Assembly (NCBI GenBank): GCA_965221775.1
Contig: CBDCSU010000005.1
Location: 1,184,001 to 1,248,000 of the forward strand
Direction: 5' to 3'
DNA: 64,000 nucleotides
DNA from: Candidatus Latescibacterota bacterium
Lineage (GTDB): Bacteria; Latescibacterota; UBA2968; UBA8231
Shown: in pieces, positions 52,070 through 61,137 of the stretch
Numbering within the stretch: the stretch's first letter is position 1
Layout: each line of letters starts with the position of its first letter
The notes under the pieces: model-generated
What the model was told of the DNA's origin: nothing
The model's input: the letters and a program-made list of their open reading frames with translations, nothing else
The model's database searches: none
Translations under genes and position numbers: made by a program

Positions 52070-54181
52070 TTGACCCAGCCGAAGCCAGTGGTCACCCCAC
52101 ATCTCCAGGCCGCCCTCGAAGCCGTCCAGGCCGGCGATCCCGAGGCCCTCCGCCCCCTGCTGGAGGCCCACCCCTCCCTCGTGAACACCCCTCTGCCGCA
52201 CGACGGCCGCACTCGAAGACCCCTGCCGACGCTGCTGCACCGGGCCGCCCTCGGCTGGCGCGAAGGCGAGCTGCAGGTGGCGCAGCTCCTCATCGATCAC
52301 GGCGCCGACGTCAACAGCACCGAGGGAGGGGCCCTGGCGCCGCTGGAGATGGCGGCCTGGTCGCGGCACCCGGGGATGGCCGAACTGCTGATCGCCAACG
52401 GCGCCGACGTGGAGCTGCATGTCGAGGTGCGGCCGGTGGAGGTGGCCGTCCTCTACCATAGACGGGACATCTTCAAGCTCCTCATCGCGGCGGGGGCGAA
52501 GTACGACATCTCCCATACCCTGCGCCTGGGGATGATGGCGGAGACGCGGGCCCTGCTCGCCGCCGACCCGGCCATCGCCAACATCGAGACCGACCACGGG
52601 CTGCCCCTGAACCTGGCGGTGGGCAAGCCGGGGATCTTCAAGCTGCTGCTGCGCCACGGGGCGGACATCCACGCCCAGGACTCCCTCGGCCTGACGCCGT
52701 TGAAGGCGGCGCGCACTCCAAAGAGCGACAAGGTGGTGCGGACCCTGCTGGAGATGGGTGTAGAGGACGACATCTACGGAGCCCTCGCGGCCGGCGACGA
52801 GGCCCGGGTCGAGGCGATCCTGAAGGCCGACCCGGCGCAGGCGCACCCGGTGGGCTGCTGGCCGCAGCGGGGACCTCTCCCGCCCGTGTTCTGGGCGATC
52901 TGGTCCGGATCGACGCGCATTCTGGAGCTGATCCTGGAGCAGGACGTGCCTCTCGACACCCGGCCGAACCCGCTCGACACGGCGATCTCCTACGGCTACG
53001 ACGAGATGGTGCGCATGCTGCTGGACAAGGGGGCCTCGCCCGAGTGCGCGGACTGCTCCGACTGGCCGGGGGCCTCCACCTACCCCCCGTACCGCCCCCT
53101 GTCACTACCGGGGCTGCCCCGGCCCCACGTGCCGCTCTACATGGCCCTGCGGGGCGGAACCATCGCCGCCGTGGAGATGCTGCTGGAAGCCGGCGCGGAC
53201 CCGAACTGCACCCTGACGGGTTGGGCCGGACTCCAGTGGCCGGCGCGGGGCGGCGATCTGCGGCGGGTGAAGCTCCTGCTCGACCGGGGCGGCGATCCGT
53301 CGAGCCCCTGCGCCGAGAGCGCGCTCCGCCTGGCGGTGCAGCTGTGCCGGCGGCCCATGGTCGAGCTGCTCGTCACCCACGGCGTCGACATCGACACCAT
53401 CGACGCGGACGGCCGGGGCCTGCTCGACATGGCGGGCAAGTCCGACGGGCGGCCGCGCCGTGAGGGACGGGTCAAGACGACCGCCTTGCTGGAGGAGCTG
53501 ATGGGGCTCGTCCACGGGTCCGCCCGGGAGACGCGCTCGCTGCGCCTCCGCCAGGACCTCATGGCTGCGGTCATCGAGGGGCGCACCGGCGACCTCCGCG
53601 CCGTGCAGGCGGAGGCACCCGAGCTCTTCGAGAGGGAGCTGGTGAGGGACGAGCTGTTCCACTGGGCCGCCAGCCGGGGTCACGGCCACGTGGTCGATCT
53701 GCTGGTGGAACTGGGCGCGCCCATGACGATCAGCGCCGCCGCGGCGCTCGGGCGGGTGGAGCTCCTCGATTCCATGTTGAAGGCGGACCCGTCCCTGGTG
53801 GAGGGGCGCCTGACCCCCGAACAGACCGACTGGAACAAGCACCTGCCCTGGCACGAACATTCGCCCCTCATCGTCGCCGCCATGAACGACCGGGCGGAGG
53901 TGGCGGCGCTGCTGCTGGACCGCGGCGCCGGGATCGACCGCCAGGTCGGCTGGTACCAGAACACGGCCCTGCACCACGCCGTGAGCAGCGAGTCCACCGA
54001 GACCGTCCGGCTCTTGCTGGAAAGGGGCGCGGACGTCACGATCCGCAGCCGCGATCACCACCTGCCCACGGCCCTGGTGAAGAACTGGCCGCCCACGGTC
54101 TCGCGCCGCGAGATCAGCGACCTGCTCGTCGACCACGGGGCCAACCCGCAGGAACTACCCACCCACGGGGCCAGCGAATGA
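52070..54181 (+). CDS. Ankyrin-repeat protein 6 (close paralogue of Ank5; start may be GTG 52088)
   Basis: Colinear and largely identical to 49411-51504. Confidence 0.92.
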   Translation: MTQPKPVVTPHLQAALEAVQAGDPEALRPLLEAHPSLVNTPLPHDGRTRRPLPTLLHRAALGWREGELQVAQLLIDHGADVNSTEGGALAPLEMAAWSRHPGMAELLIANGADVELHVEVRPVEVAVLYHRRDIFKLLIAAGAKYDISHTLRLGMMAETRALLAADPAIANIETDHGLPLNLAVGKPGIFKLLLRHGADIHAQDSLGLTPLKAARTPKSDKVVRTLLEMGVEDDIYGALAAGDEARVEAILKADPAQAHPVGCWPQRGPLPPVFWAIWSGSTRILELILEQDVPLDTRPNPLDTAISYGYDEMVRMLLDKGASPECADCSDWPGASTYPPYRPLSLPGLPRPHVPLYMALRGGTIAAVEMLLEAGADPNCTLTGWAGLQWPARGGDLRRVKLLLDRGGDPSSPCAESALRLAVQLCRRPMVELLVTHGVDIDTIDADGRGLLDMAGKSDGRPRREGRVKTTALLEELMGLVHGSARETRSLRLRQDLMAAVIEGRTGDLRAVQAEAPELFERELVRDELFHWAASRGHGHVVDLLVELGAPMTISAAAALGRVELLDSMLKADPSLVEGRLTPEQTDWNKHLPWHEHSPLIVAAMNDRAEVAALLLDRGAGIDRQVGWYQNTALHHAVSSESTETVRLLLERGADVTIRSRDHHLPTALVKNWPPTVSRREISDLLVDHGANPQELPTHGASE

Positions 54182-56223
54182 CACGCAAGATCTACGCTTT
54201 CGGCATGGACGGCTTCATCGTCCCCATGATGAAACGCTTCGCCGCCGAAGGGGCCGTTCCCCACTTCGAGCGCATGCTGCGGGAGGGGGCGGTGAACCAG
54301 ACCCTGCCCTCCTTCCCGGTGTGGACCCCCACCAACTGGGCCACCCCTTCCACCGGCGCCCACACCGGCACCCACGGCGTGACGCGCTGGCGCGTGGAGG
54401 TCGAGCCGGGGCGGCGGATCGACAGCTTCGACGGACGCGCCAACAACGCCGAGCGCATCTGGAACGCCCTGGAGCGGGCCGGCATGACGAGCGTCGCCGT
54501 CCACTACCCGGCGGCCCATCCCTCCGGCGTGGAGGAGGGCTTCGTGGTCGACGGCTTCGGCCACCCCAGCCACCGGCGCACCGACTTCGAGGTGGCCACC
54601 TGCCAGGCCTACACCACCGAGGCGGAGCTGGCCGCCGAGATCGAGATGGACCACGACGGCACGGCCGTGCGCGCGGCCCAGAGCGGCGTCGAGCCGGTCC
54701 CGCCGCTCCGGCCCGCGCAAGGGTGGCGCAACCTGCCCGACAGCCACGCGCCGCCCCTGGAGAGCCGCATCGAGGTGGAGGCCCGCCTCGGCGGCGACGT
54801 GACCGCCTTCCATCTGCTGGCGGTGGACGGCGCCGGCCGCGGCTACGACCGGGTGCTGGTCTGCCGCGGGAGGGACGGCGCCAGCCGCATCGCGGAGGCG
54901 CGGACCGGCGAGTGGAGCGAGTGGGCGGTGGAGGAGTTCGCCATCGACGGCGGCCGGCAGCGGGCCTCGGTCCGCTTCAAGCTGATGGAGCTGGCCCCGG
55001 ACGGGAGCCGGCTCAAGCTCTACCGCACCCAGGCGACCTTCGCCGACGGCTTCACCGTGCCCGACGAGCTGGCGGCGGAGCTGATCGAGCGCTTCGGCCC
55101 CTACCAGGAGCACGCCTCCATGCTGCCCTACACGGCGGGCATGGCCGACTTCGACACGGCCCTGGAGGAGTGCGAGTACCAGGGGATGTGGTTCGCCGAG
55201 GTCGCCCGCTACATGCTGCGCGAGCGGGGCTGCTCCTTCTTCATCTGCCACTGGCACCTCTACGACTACCTCAACCACATCCACCTCGGCGACGTCGACC
55301 CCGTCTGTCCCGGGTACGACGCCGACCGGGCGGATGTGTACCTCGACTACTTCCGCCGCGCCTACCAGGTGGGCGACCGCATCCTCGGCCGCCTCTGGGA
55401 GGACGCCGACGACCGCACCTTCGTGGGCGTCCTCTCCGACCACGGCTGCTCCCCCGACGTGCGCGTCGCCAACATCCGCCAGTTCCTGCACGAGCGCGGC
55501 TTCCTGGTCCTCAAGGGCGGCCACGACAACCTCGTGCGCGACCAGGTCCGCGAGGAAGAGATCGACTGGGAGCGCACCCGGGCCTGGCTGAAGGACGACA
55601 AGGGCTTCGACATCTTCATCAACGCCGAGCCGGGGCCCGAGTTCGACCGCATCGAGGCGGAACTGCTGCTGGCCCTGCGCACCTGGGTCGACGAGGAGGT
55701 GGGGCGCAACCCCGTGGCCGTGGCCCTGCCGCGGAGGGACGCCTGGCTCCTCGGCCAGTGGGGGGACCAGTGCGGCGACGTGGTCTTCGCCTGGGACCAC
55801 GGCTACGTGAGCGGCTACTACGGCCAGTGGCGGGGCATCGCCGGCGACGCCAGCGTGGGAGCGCCCAACGTGTACGGCGCCCACCACGGCGGCTTCCTGC
55901 CGACCCAGAGCCGGGACTCCTCCAGCTTCGGCTCGTGGCTGCTGGCCGGCCCCGGCGTCAAGGCGGGCTACGAGCGCCCGTCGGACAAGCTCGGCTACAT
56001 CCACGCCGCCGACGTGGTCCCCACCTTCTGCCACCTCCTCGGCGCCGAGGCCCCGGCCCAGAGCCAGGGCACGGTGGCGCGGGACCTGCTCCAGGGGTTC
56101 GAGATGGAGCGGGGGCGGGAAGCTCCCAACTCGACGACTGTCGAGTCCATGGAGGAGCTGGAGGAGGGCAGGGGCCAGCGCTTCAACAGTGCCGAGGAGT
56201 TGCGCCGAGACCTCGGCATCTGA
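54178..56223 (+). CDS. Alkaline-phosphatase-superfamily (nucleotide pyrophosphatase/phosphodiesterase-type) protein with RelB/DinJ-like C-terminal tail
   Basis: FGMDG, WTPTNWAT..TGA (Thr nucleophile), DYLNH, SDHG, GAHHG, DVVPT; tail PNSTTVESMEELEEGRGQRFNSAEELRRDLGI. Confidence 0.88.
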   Translation: MTRKIYAFGMDGFIVPMMKRFAAEGAVPHFERMLREGAVNQTLPSFPVWTPTNWATPSTGAHTGTHGVTRWRVEVEPGRRIDSFDGRANNAERIWNALERAGMTSVAVHYPAAHPSGVEEGFVVDGFGHPSHRRTDFEVATCQAYTTEAELAAEIEMDHDGTAVRAAQSGVEPVPPLRPAQGWRNLPDSHAPPLESRIEVEARLGGDVTAFHLLAVDGAGRGYDRVLVCRGRDGASRIAEARTGEWSEWAVEEFAIDGGRQRASVRFKLMELAPDGSRLKLYRTQATFADGFTVPDELAAELIERFGPYQEHASMLPYTAGMADFDTALEECEYQGMWFAEVARYMLRERGCSFFICHWHLYDYLNHIHLGDVDPVCPGYDADRADVYLDYFRRAYQVGDRILGRLWEDADDRTFVGVLSDHGCSPDVRVANIRQFLHERGFLVLKGGHDNLVRDQVREEEIDWERTRAWLKDDKGFDIFINAEPGPEFDRIEAELLLALRTWVDEEVGRNPVAVALPRRDAWLLGQWGDQCGDVVFAWDHGYVSGYYGQWRGIAGDASVGAPNVYGAHHGGFLPTQSRDSSSFGSWLLAGPGVKAGYERPSDKLGYIHAADVVPTFCHLLGAEAPAQSQGTVARDLLQGFEMERGREAPNSTTVESMEELEEGRGQRFNSAEELRRDLGI

Positions 56224-56253
56224 AGTCTCGGCCCCTGCCCCGCTCCTCCCAGC

Positions 56254-56451
56254 TCAGGAGCAGCCCTGCCGGGCCTCCCGGCGCTCCCGCAGACGGCGGG
56301 CGTAGGGCGTCTCCACGCCGTAGCGGCGGCACAGCCGGCTGAAGCTGCGCGGGGCGATGCCGAGGGCCCGGCCGGCGGCCTCGTTGGTCGAGTACAGGCG
56401 GGCGGCGCGCTCGATGCGCTCCCGCTCGATGGGGCCGTCCCCCCGGTTCAT
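56254..56451 (-). CDS. Small basic HTH-like protein
   Basis: ATGA overlap with the Rieske gene stop; AAGRALGIAPRSFSRLCRRYGV resembles a Fis-type HTH. Confidence 0.7.
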   Translation of the reverse strand: MNRGDGPIERERIERAARLYSTNEAAGRALGIAPRSFSRLCRRYGVETPYARRLRERREARQGCS

Positions 56452-58187
56452 GTCTCGTAGACCGCCTCTCCGCGGTGGAGCCGCCGGGCGATCTGCAGCG
56501 TCTGGAGCAGCTCGCGCTGGGTCGGCGCCTTGGCCGCCAGGTAGCGGGCGGCAGCCACCATCAGGATCCGCTGCTCGCCGGCGTCGGTGCGCTCGCCGTG
56601 CTGGCGGATGGCGGCCTCGAGCATCTGGAAGCTGTGGAACTCGGCGTCCTCACGCACCAGGGACTCGGTGAGCGCTCGGAACAGCGGTCCCGCTTCACCC
56701 CCCGACACCAGGTAGCCGGAGACGAGCCGCCCGGCTTCGTCGACCTGCTGTTGCTGGTCGAGCAGCCGCAGGTACTCCTCCAGCGCCTCGCCGGGGTTCG
56801 CCGCGGCCGCTCCCTCGTCGGGCAGGCGGGCGGGCGGGACGTTGAGGAAGCGGTCGAGGTAGACCCGCATCGCCCCGTGATAGACGCCGCGCAGCATCTC
56901 CGGCGACTCGGCCCTCTTCAGCATCTGGTGCAGGGCGTTGGCGTACGAGAAGGTGTGGAGCACCGCGATCCAGTCGGAGAACTCGTTGTTCACGTGGAAC
57001 CGGGTGATGCGCATGGCCGTGGCCATCGTCACCGCCCGTGCCAGTTGCACGGGGCGCGCGCCCTCCTTCAGCGCCGCGTTCAGCTCTTCCACGATCGCGT
57101 GGGGATCGTCCTGCATGAGCGTCTCGGTGAACTCGCAACCGCCTTGCCACTCCATCGCCCGGCCTTCCTCCAACAGTTGCTCCAACGACTCGAAGGTATC
57201 CCTCAGCAGCGTCACCAAGTCGACGGGGGAGCGCCAGCTGTTCTGCTCCTCGCTGCGCTGGGCGGCGCTCAACTGGCGGATGAGCGAGGGCAGGACCTCG
57301 GCCGCGTGCTCCCAGCCGATGCGGTCGAGCAACTCGAAGGCCTTGTTGATGAAGTCGATGACGTGGCCGCCTTCGAGGTAGAAGTGGTCGGTCGCCGCCG
57401 CCACCATCATCTCCGCCAGGTCGGACGGGCTCGAAGGGCCCTCGATGGCGGCCAGCAGGGTACGCTCGGCGCCGTCGGCGTTGCGCACCTCGATGAGGTA
57501 CCGGAACCACCGCCGGAGCGCGGCGTGGGGGATCTCCCTGCTCTCGAGAGGCCGCAGCGGCACCCGCGGCGGCTGGCCGCTGGTGTCCGACGCCACGTGC
57601 AGGATCCCCTGGTACAGGGGGGCGATGCGCTCGTCGCCTTCGAGGTGGTCGCTGACGTTGGCCATGGCCGAGAGGATCGTCATGCCGTTGGACCACCCGG
57701 AGCGCCTCCGGCGCGCTCCGTAGAGGCCGCTGGCCCGCACCACGTCGTCCGGGTCCGCCCCGGCGCGCAGGAGCGCCACCACGGCCTTGGCCATCACCAG
57801 CCGGATGTTCTGGTCCATGCCCTCCTCGAGCCGGCGCAGACCGCCCTCGACCGGGTCGCGAGGGGGCGCGGAGACGTCGACGTACACGCGCCCGTCCCGG
57901 ACCTCGACCGGGTAGACGGTGGCGTCGTCGGCGAAGAGGTCGAAGGTGCAGCCGCTCTTCAGGTCGAACCGCGCGTGGTGCCAGTGGCAGGTCAGGATGC
58001 CGTCCTCCACGGTCCCGCGGTGTAACGGGAAACCCATGTGGGGACAGCGGTTGTCGACGGCGTGCAGGTTCCCGTCGGAGTGGAAGACGACGATCGGTAC
58101 GGGTCCGCCGGAGACCAGGACTCGTCCCTTTTGCCTGATCTCCTCCAGGGTCCCCGCGTCCAGCATTCTCGCCGCTGATCCATCCAT
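56448..58187 (-). CDS. Rieske [2Fe-2S] domain fused to a large helical domain of unknown function
   Basis: NRCPHMGFPL...LTCHWHHARF; AGGAG RBS before ATG 58187; His-containing motifs GHVIDF, LHTFSY, EFHSFQ. Confidence 0.88.
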   Translation of the reverse strand: MDGSAARMLDAGTLEEIRQKGRVLVSGGPVPIVVFHSDGNLHAVDNRCPHMGFPLHRGTVEDGILTCHWHHARFDLKSGCTFDLFADDATVYPVEVRDGRVYVDVSAPPRDPVEGGLRRLEEGMDQNIRLVMAKAVVALLRAGADPDDVVRASGLYGARRRRSGWSNGMTILSAMANVSDHLEGDERIAPLYQGILHVASDTSGQPPRVPLRPLESREIPHAALRRWFRYLIEVRNADGAERTLLAAIEGPSSPSDLAEMMVAAATDHFYLEGGHVIDFINKAFELLDRIGWEHAAEVLPSLIRQLSAAQRSEEQNSWRSPVDLVTLLRDTFESLEQLLEEGRAMEWQGGCEFTETLMQDDPHAIVEELNAALKEGARPVQLARAVTMATAMRITRFHVNNEFSDWIAVLHTFSYANALHQMLKRAESPEMLRGVYHGAMRVYLDRFLNVPPARLPDEGAAAANPGEALEEYLRLLDQQQQVDEAGRLVSGYLVSGGEAGPLFRALTESLVREDAEFHSFQMLEAAIRQHGERTDAGEQRILMVAAARYLAAKAPTQRELLQTLQIARRLHRGEAVYET

Positions 58188-58231
58188 GATTCTCTCCTCT
58201 CGCTCTGCGGCTCCCCATGAGCCGTGGACCG

Positions 58232-58262
58232 AATCTGCAACTTCAAGTATACTTGAAGTCAA
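58232..58262 (-). promoter_or_regulatory. SoxR box within a 19-bp-spacer MerR-type promoter
   Basis: Perfect palindrome ACTTCAAGTATACTTGAAGT (58240-58259), resembling CCTCAAGTTAACTTGAGG; minus-strand TTGACT-19bp-CAGATT. Confidence 0.88.
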
Positions 58263-58273
58263 GGAGAATCTTC

Positions 58274-58744
58274 ATGGCCGAGCTTTCGGAGTCCCTGACC
58301 ATCGGCGAGGTGGCGGCCCGAAGCGGGGTCGCCGCCTCGGCCCTGCGCTTCTACGAGGAGGAGGGACTGATCTCCTCGGAGCGGACAGGCGGCAACCAGC
58401 GGCGCTATCCACGGGCGGTGCTGCGCCGCGTCGCCGTCATCCGCGCCGCCCAGAAGATCGGCGTGTCCCTGCGGGAGATCCGCTCGGCCCTGGACGGGCT
58501 GCCCAGCGGACGCACACCCAACAAGGCGGAGTGGGCGAGGCTCTCCCGGGGCTGGAGGGATCAGCTCGAGGAGCGGATCGAGACGCTGGAGAGGTTGAAG
58601 GAGAGCCTGACCGGCTGCATAGGCTGCGGCTGCCTGTCCCTGCGGACGTGCAAGCTCTTCAACCGCGAGGACGAGATAGCATCCCGCGTCGACGGCAGCC
58701 TGCTGATGGGGCAACCCGCGCCGAGACGCCCGTCCTCCGGGTGA
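58274..58744 (+). CDS. soxR: Redox-sensing transcriptional activator SoxR
   Basis: LTIGEVAARSGVAASALRFYE, RTGGNQRRY, [2Fe-2S] motif CIGCGCLSLRTC. Confidence 0.97.
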   Translation: MAELSESLTIGEVAARSGVAASALRFYEEEGLISSERTGGNQRRYPRAVLRRVAVIRAAQKIGVSLREIRSALDGLPSGRTPNKAEWARLSRGWRDQLEERIETLERLKESLTGCIGCGCLSLRTCKLFNREDEIASRVDGSLLMGQPAPRRPSSG

Positions 58745-58765
58745 CGGCGCCGCAAGCCGGATCGT

Positions 58766-60700
58766 CTACAGGTTCTGCAGCGCCCACTCCCAGGCCAGGA
58801 TGACGATCTTCGGGCTCCACTCGCCGATGATGAGTCCCAGGAACAGCGGCTTCAGCGTGTTGTAGAGCCGCGGTCCGCCAAGGCGCAGGACGGCGGTCTT
58901 GATCGCCCAGGCGATGAGGATGCTGAGGAACATCTTGTGGGTCGCCAGGCTCACTGGAAAGCCGATCGGGTGGAAGGGCCACCACACGAAGCGTTGCCGG
59001 GCGAACATCAGCAGCCCCATGACCAGCGCCCCGATGCCGGTGTGGCCCCAATAGCCCCAGTTCGTCCCGGTACTCGTCTGCAGCCGGGCGGCCGCGTCCT
59101 GCCACTGGTAGTACCCCTGCTCCTTCAGCGTGTGGGTGATGTTCAGGCCCCCGTGCTCGTAGGCCGTGCCCAGGAAGACGGCCATGCCGCCGCAGATCGA
59201 CACCGCGATGGCGATCAGCATGCTGGCCAGGAGCATCCGGCGGTGTCGGCGGATGCTCTCCTCCACCACCTTGAGGCTCTGCGCCGCGCAGGTCATCACC
59301 AGGATGATCATGTCCGCCGCCCAGGCATAGGTGAAGCCGAGGGCGACGATCCCCGTCGGCCCCAGGGCGCGGGTCCCGAGGCCGCCGACGATGGCGTCGG
59401 AGGCGATGATGGGACAGGCGAACCAGGGGATCCCCCCTTCGCAGACGACGCGGGTGATCCCCAGGTAGAGGAGGAAGGCCAGCCCCAGGTAGAGGAACGC
59501 GATCCAGGCCGGGAGTCCGAGGAGCCAGAGCCAGAAGCAGATGAAGGAGAAGCTGCCGGCGAAGAGCAGGACGGCGGTGCGGTAGGACATGATCTCGTCC
59601 CCTTCGCTGGCGTCCACCTCCGACGACAGACCCAGGGCGCGGCGCCCGACGGCCACGATGTGCCTCCGCCCGTTCCACAGGCCGACGACCACCAGGGCGA
59701 TGAAGGCGCCCAACCCCTCGAAGGAGAAGGTCGTCGGCGAGCGCGTCCACGGACTCATGAGCGGGTCCGTGTCGCCGCCCCCCGTCAGCGTCGAGATGAC
59801 CTGGTAGGCCATGTAGACGAAGTAGTAGAAGCAGATCCCCAGGGTCACGTCGCGGCGGATGAAGTAGGCGAACCCGAGCATCATGAAGCTGATGCCGAGG
59901 CGCACCTGCGCGACCTCGCGGAACAGGTAGACGTACTGCCCGCCCACGTGGATCGGGTCCAGGGGGAAGTAGCGGGTCAGACCGTTGTTGAGGCCGATGA
60001 TGAAGGGGAGGATGAAACCGAGCCAGAAGATCCAGTTGCGGAACAGGGGCTTGACCAGACCGGGGCGCCTGCCTTCGTCGGCGTCGTCCTGGATCATGGC
60101 GATGGGCAGCTGCATCATCGGGTAGACGAGCCGCTCGTGGTCGATCCACTGCTTGCGCAGGATGACGGCGACCGAGACCATGGCGACCCAGAGACACATC
60201 GCCATCGGCCCCCAGCCGATCAGCAGGACCGGCAGCCACATCCCCCACGGCACCGTGCCGTCGCCGGACCCTTCGTAGAAGCCGCGGATGTCCTGGAAGT
60301 AATGGGAGGGTACCACCCAGCTCGGAATGTAGGGGATCACTGCCTCGGCCCAGGCGTTCTCCGGGGAGATGTAGTAGGCCATGGAGGTGATGTGGGGCAG
60401 CAGGTAGTCGGGCAGGCCGTTGGTGGCGACGCCGGAGCCGACGATCCACATCACGTAGACCTGGGCCAGCTCGGGCGGCGTCAGCACCCAGTCGCGCTTG
60501 AGGAGTCCCAGCAGGGGGTTCACGACCAGCGCCATCAGGAACAGCATGAGGTTGGCGCCGATGGTGTAGTGCCAGGTGGAGAAAGCTCCGACGCGGAGGA
60601 CGTAGGTGGAGTAGTTGAACCCCGCCCCGACGACGATGCACCCGAGGGTGCCGACGATGAGCCCGCGGTAGGTGCAGCCGAAGACGCGAGGTGTGTCCAT
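58766..60700 (-). CDS. Large polytopic membrane protein (DUF6785/DUF6784-like, putative transporter)
   Basis: Many TM helices; LRKQWIDHERLVYP, WWPFHPIG, KPLFLGLIIGE. Confidence 0.75.
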   Translation of the reverse strand: MDTPRVFGCTYRGLIVGTLGCIVVGAGFNYSTYVLRVGAFSTWHYTIGANLMLFLMALVVNPLLGLLKRDWVLTPPELAQVYVMWIVGSGVATNGLPDYLLPHITSMAYYISPENAWAEAVIPYIPSWVVPSHYFQDIRGFYEGSGDGTVPWGMWLPVLLIGWGPMAMCLWVAMVSVAVILRKQWIDHERLVYPMMQLPIAMIQDDADEGRRPGLVKPLFRNWIFWLGFILPFIIGLNNGLTRYFPLDPIHVGGQYVYLFREVAQVRLGISFMMLGFAYFIRRDVTLGICFYYFVYMAYQVISTLTGGGDTDPLMSPWTRSPTTFSFEGLGAFIALVVVGLWNGRRHIVAVGRRALGLSSEVDASEGDEIMSYRTAVLLFAGSFSFICFWLWLLGLPAWIAFLYLGLAFLLYLGITRVVCEGGIPWFACPIIASDAIVGGLGTRALGPTGIVALGFTYAWAADMIILVMTCAAQSLKVVEESIRRHRRMLLASMLIAIAVSICGGMAVFLGTAYEHGGLNITHTLKEQGYYQWQDAAARLQTSTGTNWGYWGHTGIGALVMGLLMFARQRFVWWPFHPIGFPVSLATHKMFLSILIAWAIKTAVLRLGGPRLYNTLKPLFLGLIIGEWSPKIVILAWEWALQNL

Positions 60701-60877
60701 GCGAGTAGAGGTCAGGCGAGCGCACCCTCCGCGGCCGGACGGAAACCGGTCAGGGTCGGCTCGACACTATAGCCACGGAGATGCTGCTATACAAGGCGGG
60801 GAGCCTCGGCGATTCCTAAGACCGCATGGACTCCTCCGTTGTGGCTACACCTTCAGGGGAAACCCGCGGCATGACGG

Positions 60878-61133
60878 GCTTCAGTGAGGCCGGGGCACCT
60901 TCCGCCCCGGAAACTGGACGCTACCCTCGCGCCACGGCTGATGGGCTGCTTGTGCTTCAATGAGGCCGGGGCTACTTCGCCCGGAAACTGCCGATTCCGG
61001 TTCTTCATACGACGGTTCGAGGAGCTTCAATGAGGCCGGGGAACCTTCACCCCGGAGACCCGGTGGTTCCGGCCTTCAGGAGCCGGGTACCATCCGTGCT
61101 TCAGTGAGGCCGGGGAACCTTCGCCCCGAAGGT
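60878..61133 (-). CRISPR. Mini-array: 4 degenerate 35-37-bp repeats, 3 spacers (39, 35, 38 bp)
   Basis: Repeats at 60878-60914, 60954-60988, 61024-61059, 61098-61133; minus-strand example GTCTCCGGGGTGAAGGTTCCCCGGCCTCATTGAAGC with CCGGGG hairpin and 3' A(T/C)TGAAGC. Confidence 0.93.
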
Positions 61134-61137
61134 GGAG

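Noticed and set aside
60786-60822. Possible fifth, highly decayed CRISPR repeat (gctatacaaggcggggagcctc...agac)
   Set aside because: Weak similarity, no intact stem, and the implied spacer of 55 bp is too long
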